A stretch of 64,000 bases of DNA from Candidatus Cloacimonadota bacterium (GTDB lineage: Bacteria; Cloacimonadota; Cloacimonadia; G963667145), in the NCBI GenBank assembly GCA_963676615.1, contig OY781092.1, positions 192,001-256,000 on the forward strand, in the 5' to 3' direction. Below are positions 49,089-61,209 of the stretch, piece by piece (the stretch's first letter is position 1; every line of letters starts with the position of its first letter). The notes under the pieces were generated by a model. It did not search any database and was not told where the DNA came from. It saw only the letters and a list, made by a program, of their open reading frames with translations. Position numbers and translations under genes: made by a program.

Positions 49089-51242
49089 ATGCTGAACGAT
49101 AGGCAAAAAGAGATTGTAGAGACAAAAGAGCAAAATTTGCTGGTGATAGCTGGCGCAGGTAGCGGCAAAACCAGATGTATCACCGCCAGAGCGGGAAGTA
49201 TCGCCACCAGTGGGGTCGAGCCGAAAAATATTTTGATTGTTACTTTTACGAACAAAGCGGCGTCGGAGCTGAAGGAGCGGCTGAAAGAGGACAACAGTCA
49301 GTTGTCGTGGCCGTGGGTTGGCACTTTTCACTCGATTTGCGCGCGGATTTTGCGGATCGATGGCGAGAAAGTTGGTGTGCAAAACAATTTCACGATTGCC
49401 GACAGCAAAGACCAGCGTGGCATCGCCAAGTCGATTTTGAAAGATTTGGGCATTGACCCTCGCAAATTCTCGTATCTGAAGATGTTGTCGTCGATTTCTA
49501 GCCACAAAAGCAAGTTGGTTGGTCCAGAAGGCTATGCCAAATGCAACGAAGATTCGCTCTACACTCGCACAACGGCGTCGATGTATAAGCGCTATCAGGC
49601 TTTTTTGGAGGACAATAATTCCCTGGATTTTGACGATTTGCTGATGAAAACGGTGCAGCTTCTGAAAAACAACAAAGAGGTTCGCGACAAGTATCGCCGC
49701 AAGTTTCGCTACATTATGGTGGACGAGTTTCAGGACACCAACTTTGCGCAATACGAGATTTTGAAGGCGCTTTGGTCTGCGGGGCAAAATATTTGCGTTG
49801 TTGGCGACGACGACCAGTCGATTTACTCTTGGCGTGGCGCGGATTTCACTAATTTGTTCAATTTTGAAAAAGATTTTGCGCCTGTGAAGATTGTGAAATT
49901 GGAGCTAAATTATCGCTCGACGCAGCAGATTTTGGATTTGGCGAATTGTTTAATCAAAAACAATTCTCAGCGGCACGAAAAAAATCTGAAGGCTCAAGAG
50001 GGTTTTACGGGGAATTTGCCCAGCGTGAAGGCGCTGACCGACGAGTATATGGAGGCGAAGTTCATCGTGAAGGAGATAAAAAAAATCGCCGATTATCAGA
50101 ATACCGCCATTTTGTATCGGGTCAACTCGCAGTCGCGGATTTTGGAGAATGTTCTGATTGAGAAAAAAATCCCGTATGTTGTGCGAGGCGGCACGGAGTT
50201 TTTTGCGCGCACCGAGATTAAAGATATTATCGCTTATCTGAAATTTTTGTATAATCCGAGCGATTTTTACAGTTTGCAGCGGATTATCAATGTCCCCACG
50301 CGGGGCATCGGTTCTGTTAGTGCGAATAAAGCGTTCGACTATTTGCAGCAGAACGGGAAATCTTTTTTGGATTTGACGCAGGAGGACAAGCTGCCAGTGA
50401 CGGCGTCTTCGCTGCAGGCGATGCTCGATTTGGCGCAAAAGATGCGCGGTTGGAAGAGCGATGCGGAGGTGATCTCGCCGCTGGCTTTGGCGCAGGAGAT
50501 TATCGCCGACACCAAACTTATCGATTTTTACGAGCGGAAAGAGACCGACACGAGTATGTCCAAGGGCGAGAATATCAACGAGTTTTTGCTGATGACCGAA
50601 TCTTTTTGCGAGAATTTTCACAAAATGCACGGGACTTATCCGTTTTTGAGCGACTTTTTGGAAAGCATCAGTTTGCAATCTTCGGTGGAGGACGACCAAA
50701 ATGAGCTGGGCAAGGTTCAGCTGATGACGATTCACAACGCTAAGGGGCTGGAGTTTGAGAATGTTTTTGTTTTGGGTGTGGAAGAAGGGATTTTGCCGCA
50801 TCAGCTGTCGCTGGCGGAACAAGCGGGTTTGCAGGAAGAGCGGCGGCTATTGTATGTGGCGATTACCAGAGCCAAAAAGAGCCTTGTGCTGACTTTTTGC
50901 CGTGAGCGGCGGAAGTTTGCTTCTGGCGGTTTCAAGACCGAGATTACCAACAAGAGCCGATTTTTGGACGAGTTCGACAAGAGGCTTTGCAAGAGCAGCA
51001 TCAAAAAGCAATCTTTCGTTTTTGGCAAAAAATACGAAGAGCGAGATCGGAAAAAAGCGCCGCAAATCGTGAGCGTTGGGCAGAAAAGTTTTTACAAAGT
51101 TGGCGATATGGTGATGCACAAAGTTTTTGGGCAGGGCAAAGTCCTGACAGTCAGTGGCTCGGGCAAAGACGCTAAGCTGGCAATCTCTTTTAACGAAGGC
51201 GAGTTGAAAAAAATTATCGGCACATTTGTGGAGAAGTTTTAG
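49089..51242 (+). CDS. uvrD: UvrD/PcrA superfamily 1 helicase
   Basis: AGAGSGKT, TFTNKAA, VDEFQDTN, VGDDDQSIYSWRGA, NYRST, EERRLLYVAITRA. Confidence 0.95.
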   Translation: MLNDRQKEIVETKEQNLLVIAGAGSGKTRCITARAGSIATSGVEPKNILIVTFTNKAASELKERLKEDNSQLSWPWVGTFHSICARILRIDGEKVGVQNNFTIADSKDQRGIAKSILKDLGIDPRKFSYLKMLSSISSHKSKLVGPEGYAKCNEDSLYTRTTASMYKRYQAFLEDNNSLDFDDLLMKTVQLLKNNKEVRDKYRRKFRYIMVDEFQDTNFAQYEILKALWSAGQNICVVGDDDQSIYSWRGADFTNLFNFEKDFAPVKIVKLELNYRSTQQILDLANCLIKNNSQRHEKNLKAQEGFTGNLPSVKALTDEYMEAKFIVKEIKKIADYQNTAILYRVNSQSRILENVLIEKKIPYVVRGGTEFFARTEIKDIIAYLKFLYNPSDFYSLQRIINVPTRGIGSVSANKAFDYLQQNGKSFLDLTQEDKLPVTASSLQAMLDLAQKMRGWKSDAEVISPLALAQEIIADTKLIDFYERKETDTSMSKGENINEFLLMTESFCENFHKMHGTYPFLSDFLESISLQSSVEDDQNELGKVQLMTIHNAKGLEFENVFVLGVEEGILPHQLSLAEQAGLQEERRLLYVAITRAKKSLVLTFCRERRKFASGGFKTEITNKSRFLDEFDKRLCKSSIKKQSFVFGKKYEERDRKKAPQIVSVGQKSFYKVGDMVMHKVFGQGKVLTVSGSGKDAKLAISFNEGELKKIIGTFVEKF

Positions 51243-51263
51243 CGCTTTTTGGACTCTTGGGAG

Positions 51264-53224
<1,961 letters not shown>

Positions 53225-53249
<25 letters not shown>

Positions 53250-53899
53250 TTTACCTCCTGCGATAGCTTTTCCAGCTCTTGCGCCGAGAAGCCCCACATT
53301 GCGCCGTTTGTGTCTTCCTCAATCGGTCGATAATTTTGCAAAAAGTAGGCAAAGCCGTCTAGTTTGTGCTCCTGATAAATTTTGGCGATGTCTTCGGTTT
53401 GCAGCAGCGGATGCACCAGCGTCGTGCGAAATTCGCAGTTTTTTCTAGAATTTTTGATAATCGCAACGCTTTTTTCGATTTTGTCCAGATTCAGTTTGCG
53501 TCCTGCCAGATGGTGGTATTTTGCCAAAGGCGCCTTGAGGTCCATCGCCAGATAATCGACCCAGGGCAGAGCCTGCGCCAGCTTTTGCGGTGAGTAGCCG
53601 TTGGTGTCCAGTTTTGTTAGGAAGCCTAACTTTTTCACTTTTTGCAGAAATTGCAGCAGGTCGTTTTGCAATAGCGGCTCGCCACCGCTGATGCACACGG
53701 CGTCCAGCAGCCCTTTTCGAGATTGTAGGAACGCGAAAATCTCTTCTTGTGAGTGGATTGTTTGGGTGTCGTTTTCGTCTAGTAGCTGCGAATTGTGACA
53801 AAAAGGGCACAAAAAATTGCACCCTTTTGTCCAAATAATTGCCGAGAGTTTTCCCGGGTAGTCAATCATCGATGTCTTTTGCAGACCGCCGATAATCAT
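53225..53899 (-). CDS. nrdG: Anaerobic RNR activating radical SAM enzyme
   Basis: DYPGK, GCNFLCPFCHN, SGGEP, KLDTNG, EFRTT; directly downstream of nrdD. Confidence 0.92.
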
Positions 53900-55977
53900 T
53901 GATATTTCACCACTTTGCGCTCGTCATACTCGGTTTTTTTGCCGTCGTTCCATTGGCTGATTGGGCGCAGATAGCCGACAATTCTAGAGTAAACTTCGCA
54001 TTCGCTGCCGCATTTTGGGCAAACCTTTTTTTCGCCAGAGATGTAGCCGTGTTTTTTGCAGATGCTGAAAGTTGGTGTGAGCGAGAAGTAGGGCAGTTTG
54101 TGCTTTTCGCTGATTTTTTTGACCAAATTTTTCACGACGGAAAAGTCGGTAATTTGCTCGCCACCAAACAGATGGACAACTGTGCCGCCGGTGTATTTGG
54201 CTTGGATTGCGTCTTGTTTGGCAAGGACTTCGAACAAGTCGTCGGAGTAGTCAACTGGCAACTGGGTTGAGTTGGTGTAGTATGGTGCTTGGTCGCCAGA
54301 TTTGCCAGCGGAGATGATATCGGCGTAGAGCTGTTTGTCTAGCTGCGCAAGGCGGAAGCTGGTGCCTTCGGCTGGTGTCGCCTCGAGGTTGTAGTTGTTG
54401 CCCGATGCGGTCTGATACTCCAGGAGTTTGTCGCGCATAAAGTCCATAATTCGCTCGGTGAACTCTTGCCCTTCTTGGCTGGCGATGTTTTTGCCCAAAA
54501 GGTTCAGGCACGCCTCGTTCATTCCCACAAGTCCGATGGTCGAGAAGTGGTTCACCCAATATTTTCCGCTTTTTTTCTTCATTCCACGCAAATAAAATTT
54601 CGAGTATGGGTAAAGATTTTTGTCGGTGTAACTTTCGAGGATTTTTCGTTTAATCTCAAGGCTCTCATAGGCGGTATCCATAAGGGCTGTCAGTCGTTGC
54701 TTGAACTCCTCTTCGGTTTTTGATAGATACCCCAGTCGCGGCATATTCATGGTTACCACGCCGACAGAGCCAGTGAGTGGATACGAGCCGAAAAGCCCGC
54801 CGCCTCTGACTTCCAGCTTGGAGGTGTCGATGTTCAGCCGACAGCACATCGAGCGGATGTCTTCGGGGTTCATATTGGAGTTGACGAAGTTGGCGAAATA
54901 GGGGATGCCGTATTTTCCTGTGGCTTTCCAGAGGTGCTCCAAAACGGGATTGTCCCAGTCGAAATTTTTGGTGATGTTGTAGGTCGGTATCGGAAAAGTG
55001 AACACGCGTCCGTTGGCGTCGCCGCCGCTCATCACCTCCAAAAACGCCTTGTTGATCATATCCATCTCTTTTTGGAATTCGCCGTAGGTTTTGTCTTGCA
55101 ATTTTCCGCCGATGATGACCGCCTCGTCTTTGTAGGAAGAGGGCATCGTCAGGTCCATCGTGATGTTGGTGAACGGCGTCTGAAAGCCGACTCTGGTTGG
55201 CACATTTAGGTTGTAGATGAAAGATTGCATCGCTTGAAAAACCTCGTGATAGGAGAGTTTGTCGTAATAGACGAACGGCGCAAGGAGCGTGTCGAAACTG
55301 GCGAAAGCTTGTGCGCCGCTGGCTTCTCCCTGCAGAGTGTAGAAAAAGTTGACGATCTGTCCCAAAGCGGAAACGAAATGGCTTGGTGGAGCGCAGGCAA
55401 CTTTGCCTTCGACTCCCTGAAAGCCCGTGACGAGCAAATCTTTGAGGTCCCAGCCGACGCAGTAAACAGAAAGTTGGCTCAAATCGTGAATGTGCAAATC
55501 GCCCTTCGAGTGCGCGTCTTTGATTTCGGTCGGGTAAATCTCGTTCAGCCAGTAAATTTTGCTCACCTCCGAGGCGATATAGTTGTTCAGCCCTTGCAGC
55601 GAGTAGCACATATTGCTGTTCTCTTTCACTTGCCAGTCGAGTTTTTTTAGGTAATTGTCGATCATCTGCACGCCAGAAGCCGAGGCAATTTCCCGAATTT
55701 TGGAGTGCTGGTCACGGTAGATGATGTAAGCTTTGGCGGTGTGTTTATATGGCGAAGCCAGCAGCACTTCCTCGACAATATCTTGGACATTTTCCACTGT
55801 GGGAGTTTTGTCTTTGATGGTCGATTGTGCCAAAGAAAGAACTCTCAGAGTGAGCTTTTCAGCCATTTTTTGGTTGAACTCGCCGGTGGCTTTGCCCGCT
55901 TTTACCAAGGCGGAGGTGATTTTTTGCGAATCAAAATTGACTTCAACGCCCTTTCGTTTGAGGATTTTTTTAAACAT
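53896..55977 (-). CDS. nrdD: Class III (anaerobic) ribonucleoside-triphosphate reductase with ATP cone
   Basis: N-terminal ATP cone, HIHDL..YC, SMCCRL, EATPAEG, CKKHG...CPKC, YSRIVGYLRP glycyl-radical loop. Confidence 0.96.
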   Translation of the reverse strand: MFKKILKRKGVEVNFDSQKITSALVKAGKATGEFNQKMAEKLTLRVLSLAQSTIKDKTPTVENVQDIVEEVLLASPYKHTAKAYIIYRDQHSKIREIASASGVQMIDNYLKKLDWQVKENSNMCYSLQGLNNYIASEVSKIYWLNEIYPTEIKDAHSKGDLHIHDLSQLSVYCVGWDLKDLLVTGFQGVEGKVACAPPSHFVSALGQIVNFFYTLQGEASGAQAFASFDTLLAPFVYYDKLSYHEVFQAMQSFIYNLNVPTRVGFQTPFTNITMDLTMPSSYKDEAVIIGGKLQDKTYGEFQKEMDMINKAFLEVMSGGDANGRVFTFPIPTYNITKNFDWDNPVLEHLWKATGKYGIPYFANFVNSNMNPEDIRSMCCRLNIDTSKLEVRGGGLFGSYPLTGSVGVVTMNMPRLGYLSKTEEEFKQRLTALMDTAYESLEIKRKILESYTDKNLYPYSKFYLRGMKKKSGKYWVNHFSTIGLVGMNEACLNLLGKNIASQEGQEFTERIMDFMRDKLLEYQTASGNNYNLEATPAEGTSFRLAQLDKQLYADIISAGKSGDQAPYYTNSTQLPVDYSDDLFEVLAKQDAIQAKYTGGTVVHLFGGEQITDFSVVKNLVKKISEKHKLPYFSLTPTFSICKKHGYISGEKKVCPKCGSECEVYSRIVGYLRPISQWNDGKKTEYDERKVVKYQ

Positions 55978-56162
55978 TTTTTCTCCTTACAAAAAATTAA
56001 CATCTTTGGAAATTTTTGCTTTGTGATATTTGATGTTTTCACAGCACTCAAAAAAGCCCTTAATGTCAAGCACAATCGCTTTTGAGGAGAGTTGGCACGA
56101 AATTAACAACGATTGGGAACCGCCAGTAATTTTGGGGGTTGTAGCCAGCCGTTTTTTTTTCG

Positions 56163-58664
56163 TTAATCGCCTAGATAAATTCCCGTGCTAAATTTTTGCA
56201 AATATTTTTGGGCGACTTTTTGCAGATCTTCTGCCGAAGTCTGTTCGATTCTTTGGTGATAGTTGCAAAAATGGCGAAACCCAAAGCCCAAAAGCTCCAG
56301 CTGTGCTAGGCTCTCGGCGATATTCAGCGGATCTTCTTCGTAAAAAAGTTTCAGGTTGCTCAAATAGCTTTTGCTCATTTGCAACTCTTGCGGAGTTACG
56401 CCCGCGCGGATTATGTCGGCGAAAATCTTTTGGATGCGATCCAGCACCGCTTGACCTGCTCCTTTTTGCACCAGCGCAGACGCCTTGAAATAGCCAAAAT
56501 CCAAAAAACTGCTCTGCGAAAAGCCGCAAGAGTAGGCGACGCCCATCTCCTCACGCAAAATGTTGAACATTCGGGAGCTGATGCTGCCGCCGATTATTTG
56601 GCTCAAGACGGCAAAAGCGGTCGTCTCTTTTGTGGCGAGTGAGTTGTTGCTGGCGCCTAGCAGATAGACGATGTCTTGGGTCGAATCTTGCAGGTTTTCC
56701 TTGATTTGCAGCTCGCAGTTCAGCGAAAATTTTTGGTTTTTTCGTGGGAAAATTTTGCTGCTGGCGAAATCGGTAAAACTTTTTTGGCAAAGCGAAATCA
56801 CTTTTTCGGGGTCGATGTTGCCCACAACGCTCAAAACAAACTCTTGAGGCAAAAAATGGTTTTCGTGCCAATCTTTCACCTGCGCTAAATCCAGCGATTG
56901 CAGGCTTTTGAGCGTCCCTTTTTTTTGCACGAAAGGGCTGGCTTTGCCAAAAACCTCCTCCTTGAAAAGCTTGTCGGCTTTGTGCACGGGATAGTCTTGC
57001 ACCCTCTGCAAATTCGACTTGTAGCGCTGCACCAGCAGGTCGAACTGCTTCTGCTCAAAGCGCGGTTTTTGATAGGTCAGCGCCAGCATTTGCAACGCTT
57101 CTGGCAAAGATCTTGTGAAACATTTGAGGTCGAGGCTGGTGACATCCAAGCCGCAATTTATGTGAAACTTAAAGCCGTTTTCTTGGCAAAAATCGATAAA
57201 CTGGCTGTGAGTTTGCTGTTGGTTGCCATACGCCAAAAGGTGTGAGCAAACGCTCTGGATGCCCAATTGATGCGGCTTTTCCTGCTTCATTGCCGAGTGC
57301 GTGGATAGGCAAATTCCGCAGCTTTCTGCTTGCGGCTCTTTTTTTATAACGATTTTGAAGTTGTCAAAAAGCTGATAGCAAAACATCTCTTCTGTGGGAA
57401 TTTCCGCCTTTTTTTCGGCAGAAATTTTGTTGTTTAGAGCTGCTTTTTTCCCCAGATGATAGACCTGATAGTCGCTAAAATACTTGCCGATAGTGCGTTG
57501 CACGGCATCGAAAGTGACGCCTTCGAGCATTTTGCAATAGCGTAGGGTCACCGAAAAATCGCCAGCGATGTGCGAGAGTCCCAGCTGCACGCCCAAATCT
57601 TCGCAACTCTCCAGACTGAAGCGGTGAGCGTTGTCCAAAATTTTGCGAGCTTGCTGAAATTGGCTGTAGCTGCAACCGTTTTTGGCGAAATCGTCGAGGA
57701 GCTTTTTCGCTTCGGACAGCACTTTTTGCGCGTCTTGTTGCGGAAAAATCTGCAAGACCAAAGCTCCCGGCGTCGCTTGCCCGATATCGCAACTGGAGAT
57801 GTGGTCGGCGATCCCCAGCTCTTGCTTGAGCGTCTTTTGCAAAATCGAATTTTGGTGCTCTGCCAAAATTGTGGACGCCAGCGCAAACGGCAGGTAATCT
57901 TTTTGCGATTGCGCGGGAGCGTTGAAGACGATGTTCAGCTGCGGCTTTTCCACTTTTTTGCGGAAAAACTCATACCCTTTTTGGTGCTGACCGAGCGGCT
58001 CTGGTTCTTCAGCGGGATTTTCTGCCAATCGATTTTCCCAGGAGCCAAAATTTTTTTCGACCTCTTCGAGCAAATTTGCGGGCAAATCGCCCGTGGCGAC
58101 CAAAAAACAGTTGCTGGGCGTATATTTTTGTTTGTAAAAATCGCGTAATTGCTGCGGTGTGGACTGCTTCAAGTTCTTTTCGTTGCCGATAATCGGATAG
58201 CGATAGTTGGCTTTGCAAAAAAAGTGCGCCAAACTGCTTTCAAAAAACCACTCGTCGGGGTCGTTTTGATATTGATAAAGCTCCTCTAGCACCACATTTT
58301 TTTCGACTGCAAATTCGTCTTGAGCAAAGTTGGCAAAGCGGGTGAGCTGGCTCAAAATTTCAAGCCCTTGCGCAATGTGCTGGCTGGGCAGCATCAAATA
58401 GAAGCAGGTGGAGTTGTATTCGGTAAAGGCGTTTATCGAGCCGCCGAGCCGCGAGACTTCGTCCATCACCGCGTTTTGCGGGAATTTTTGTGTCGATTTG
58501 AAAACCAAATGTTCGGTGAAGTGGGCAAAGCCGCGTTGGGCATCGGTCTCCTGATTTGAGCCGCAGCGCACGAAAACCGCAAGGTAGGCGATTTTGCGAT
58601 TTGGCAGCGGACAATGGATGGCTTGAAAGCCGTTTTCTAGCGTGTTGAGCTGATGATTTATCAT
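56163..58664 (-). CDS. M16 family zinc peptidase, two fused halves
   Basis: AHFTEHLVFK (HxxEH), INAFT, PIIG; second half SSRMFNILREEMGVAY with a degenerate metal motif. Confidence 0.9.
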   Translation of the reverse strand: MINHQLNTLENGFQAIHCPLPNRKIAYLAVFVRCGSNQETDAQRGFAHFTEHLVFKSTQKFPQNAVMDEVSRLGGSINAFTEYNSTCFYLMLPSQHIAQGLEILSQLTRFANFAQDEFAVEKNVVLEELYQYQNDPDEWFFESSLAHFFCKANYRYPIIGNEKNLKQSTPQQLRDFYKQKYTPSNCFLVATGDLPANLLEEVEKNFGSWENRLAENPAEEPEPLGQHQKGYEFFRKKVEKPQLNIVFNAPAQSQKDYLPFALASTILAEHQNSILQKTLKQELGIADHISSCDIGQATPGALVLQIFPQQDAQKVLSEAKKLLDDFAKNGCSYSQFQQARKILDNAHRFSLESCEDLGVQLGLSHIAGDFSVTLRYCKMLEGVTFDAVQRTIGKYFSDYQVYHLGKKAALNNKISAEKKAEIPTEEMFCYQLFDNFKIVIKKEPQAESCGICLSTHSAMKQEKPHQLGIQSVCSHLLAYGNQQQTHSQFIDFCQENGFKFHINCGLDVTSLDLKCFTRSLPEALQMLALTYQKPRFEQKQFDLLVQRYKSNLQRVQDYPVHKADKLFKEEVFGKASPFVQKKGTLKSLQSLDLAQVKDWHENHFLPQEFVLSVVGNIDPEKVISLCQKSFTDFASSKIFPRKNQKFSLNCELQIKENLQDSTQDIVYLLGASNNSLATKETTAFAVLSQIIGGSISSRMFNILREEMGVAYSCGFSQSSFLDFGYFKASALVQKGAGQAVLDRIQKIFADIIRAGVTPQELQMSKSYLSNLKLFYEEDPLNIAESLAQLELLGFGFRHFCNYHQRIEQTSAEDLQKVAQKYLQKFSTGIYLGD

Positions 58665-58703
58665 TTTTTGTGAAACCTTAAAAATCGTTTATTTAGCAAA
58701 AAA

Positions 58704-58804
58704 GAGCAGACAAACATAAATACGAAACTGATAAGGTTTAATGCTGCTTCCTCTCGGACCTGACATGGTTCGCCCCACAGTAGCTATCTAAGTTGCCTGC
58801 TGCT
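58704..58804 (-). ncRNA. ffs: Signal recognition particle RNA (4.5S)
   Basis: Minus strand reads ...ATGTCAGGTCC-GAGA-GGAAGCAGCAT (domain IV with a GNRA loop), closed by GCAGGCAA/TTGTCTGC, followed by a T run; TTGACA upstream at 58846-58841. Confidence 0.93.
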
Positions 58805-58918
58805 TATTTTTTCAGACAAAATTTGGCTCAAAGCAAAGCGTGTCAATTTTTTTGTTGTTTATTATGGACAAACTTGGCTTTGCCAAAAATCTAGTGAAAA
58901 AATGACGAAGCTGGGTAA

Positions 58919-59098
58919 ATGAAAAACATTAAGTTCAAAAATTGCGTGACATTAGAGGAGATAACCAAAGGTTTTTTGCTCTATCGTCAACTTTGCAGCT
59001 GGGGCAAAAAGCCCGAGGGAAACTTTGAATTTTTGGGCGAAACTTTTGAGCTGAAAAAAAACAGAACGGAGATAATCATAAAAAGGATAAATTTATGA
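58919..59098 (+). CDS. Hypothetical 59-aa protein
   Basis: Hand-translated ORF below the 60-aa track cut-off; fills the gap and ends in an ATGA overlap with the next gene. Confidence 0.55.
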   Translation: MKNIKFKNCVTLEEITKGFLLYRQLCSWGKKPEGNFEFLGETFELKKNRTEIIIKRINL

Positions 59099-61209
59099 GC
59101 CATTTGTGGCGGGACATCAGGCGTAGTGTGGGGGCGAACTTTTTCCCGATAGCCTCTTTGCTTTTGCTCTCGGCGGTCTATTTTTTCGTTTTGCACATTT
59201 TTGGCATCGACAAAAACACCTTCGCCAAAGAGCAGCAACTTTTGTTTTTGCAAGGCTCTTTGGGCAGTTTTTTCAACAACCATTTTTTCGCGGGAACGCC
59301 CACGCTTTTTTCGATTTTGTCCAAAGGCGATTTCTTGTTCGAACACTTTATCTGTCTGCCGTTTATCGTGATGTGGATCGGCGCAAGCGGCGTCTATGCG
59401 CTGCTGCACTACGGCAAAAATGTCGGCACTTGGATTGCGGTGGTTACTGCGGCAATTTGGCTGGTTTTCCCGTTTTGGCAATATCTGGACGCCTCTGGTT
59501 ATTTCGAGCAGCTTCTTTTTTTTGCGACAATTCCGTGGGTGATTTTGGCGACGATTTACCTCAAAAATCGTTACACGATTTGGGCGTTCGCTTGGTTTTC
59601 GCTTTCTCTTAGCGCCCTTTTCAAATTTTGTCAGCCGCAAACTTTCTACCTTGCTGTTTTTGCAATTTTGGCGGCGCTTGTGGCTCTTTTTTTGCAATAT
59701 TTCCGCAGCAGGCAAAAGCTTTCTTACGCCAAATTTTGTGTGCTGGTTTTTGCGGGATTTTTGCTAGCGATTTTTGCGTCTGCTCAGCCAGTTTTCAGTT
59801 TCGTTCGCCTTTTTGGCGAGCTGACTTATGCCAACGATTACATCTTGCCCGCAGAAAATTTTTTCCGACTTTTTCGCCTAGAGACAAATATTTTTTTGGC
59901 TTTGGCGGTTTTGATTTTTGCCAGTTTTGGCGCGGCGAAAAATTATTGCTACATATTTTTGGCGATAATTTTGGCGGGTTTTCCGTATCTTTTGCAGTTT
60001 TTGCCGCAAGCGTGGCTGGTTAAAAATCCGTATCTTGCTTTTGGTTTTGTGACCACATTTTTGTTTGTTTTGTTTGGAGTCGGACTCGATCGAGTCTTGA
60101 TGATGCGAAAAATTTCGTGCGTGGAGCCAGGAAAAAGTTACCTTGTTTTTTTGCTTTTGAGCGTGATTTTGTTTGTCGGTCTGTTTTTGCGATTTGGCGA
60201 TGTGAGTTTTGTCCGCTTTTTTATTGTGGCGCAAATTTTTTCGCTTTTGGCGTTTTTTTTGCTGCTTTCGTGCCGTCGCAGTTGCAAAAATCATACGCTG
60301 CTTTTGTCGGCAATTTTCGCTTTTGTTTTTTCGATTTTTTCTGTTGCGGGCGCATATCATCGCGTTCAGTATTCACACGAGAAAACCACGCCGTATAAGG
60401 CGCTGGATAAGTTTATGAGCGCCGACAAAGAAAATTATCGCATCTTTCCGCTGGAGAGTTTGCTGTTTGACAATCGCTTTGGCGAGGATTACGCCACCAT
60501 TGGCGGCTCGGCTCCTGTTATTGCCAAAAATTATCGGGAGCTTGCCCAAAATTGTCTGGAGTTTGAGCTCAGTAGCGATTTGCCGATTAACTGGAATGTG
60601 CTGGATATGCTGGCGGTGAAGTATGTTTTGCGGCAAAAGGCGCCGATCAAGGTGGACGAGCTGGATTATGTCGATTACGAGCCGCAGACGAAGATTTCGG
60701 TTTATGAGAACAAAAATTATCGGGGCAAACTCTGGTTTGTGGACGATGCGCTGGTGCTGCAAAATCCCGAGTCGGCATACAAAATGATAAACACCGCGGG
60801 CTTTGATCCGTTTTCGCTGGCTTTGCTGGAGGAGCCGCTGCCTACGGATGTGGAAACGCCAGAGAGTTATAGCGCCAAAATTGTTCGCGATGATAAGGAC
60901 AAAATTGAGCTGCGAATTTTCACGGATGTGCCGTCGTTTGTGGTGTTTAGCAATAATTTTTCGGACGACTGGTATGGGTTTAGCAAGGAAGATGGCGTTA
61001 AAATTTACAAGGTGAACGGCTTTTTGCAGGGGTTTTATCTGAAGCCCGGTTTGCACGAGATTACGCTGGAATATATTCCCGTTTTGGAAAAAATGGCGGG
61101 CAAAATTTCGCTAATTTTTGGTTCTGCGCAGTTGGTGCTGTTGTTGGTCGGCTTTTTTTATTATGTGAAAAAAAATTACGCCAATAAAATTGTGTATATT
61201 TTGAGATGA
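59095..61209 (+). CDS. YfhO-like polytopic membrane protein (putative GT-C glycosyltransferase)
   Basis: GTP after the first loop, many TM segments, soluble domain with IGG.AP, VLDMLAVKY, YENKN, KVNGFLQG..L.PG.HEI.LEY.P, final TM. Confidence 0.72.
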   Translation: MSHLWRDIRRSVGANFFPIASLLLLSAVYFFVLHIFGIDKNTFAKEQQLLFLQGSLGSFFNNHFFAGTPTLFSILSKGDFLFEHFICLPFIVMWIGASGVYALLHYGKNVGTWIAVVTAAIWLVFPFWQYLDASGYFEQLLFFATIPWVILATIYLKNRYTIWAFAWFSLSLSALFKFCQPQTFYLAVFAILAALVALFLQYFRSRQKLSYAKFCVLVFAGFLLAIFASAQPVFSFVRLFGELTYANDYILPAENFFRLFRLETNIFLALAVLIFASFGAAKNYCYIFLAIILAGFPYLLQFLPQAWLVKNPYLAFGFVTTFLFVLFGVGLDRVLMMRKISCVEPGKSYLVFLLLSVILFVGLFLRFGDVSFVRFFIVAQIFSLLAFFLLLSCRRSCKNHTLLLSAIFAFVFSIFSVAGAYHRVQYSHEKTTPYKALDKFMSADKENYRIFPLESLLFDNRFGEDYATIGGSAPVIAKNYRELAQNCLEFELSSDLPINWNVLDMLAVKYVLRQKAPIKVDELDYVDYEPQTKISVYENKNYRGKLWFVDDALVLQNPESAYKMINTAGFDPFSLALLEEPLPTDVETPESYSAKIVRDDKDKIELRIFTDVPSFVVFSNNFSDDWYGFSKEDGVKIYKVNGFLQGFYLKPGLHEITLEYIPVLEKMAGKISLIFGSAQLVLLLVGFFYYVKKNYANKIVYILR

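Noticed and set aside
55978..56162. Cobalamin riboswitch, NrdR box or sigma-54 site upstream of nrdD
   Set aside because: No B12-box consensus on the minus strand; only a weak NrdR-like word (AACATCTTTGG). TTGGCACG lacks the -12 TTGC and points away from nrdD.
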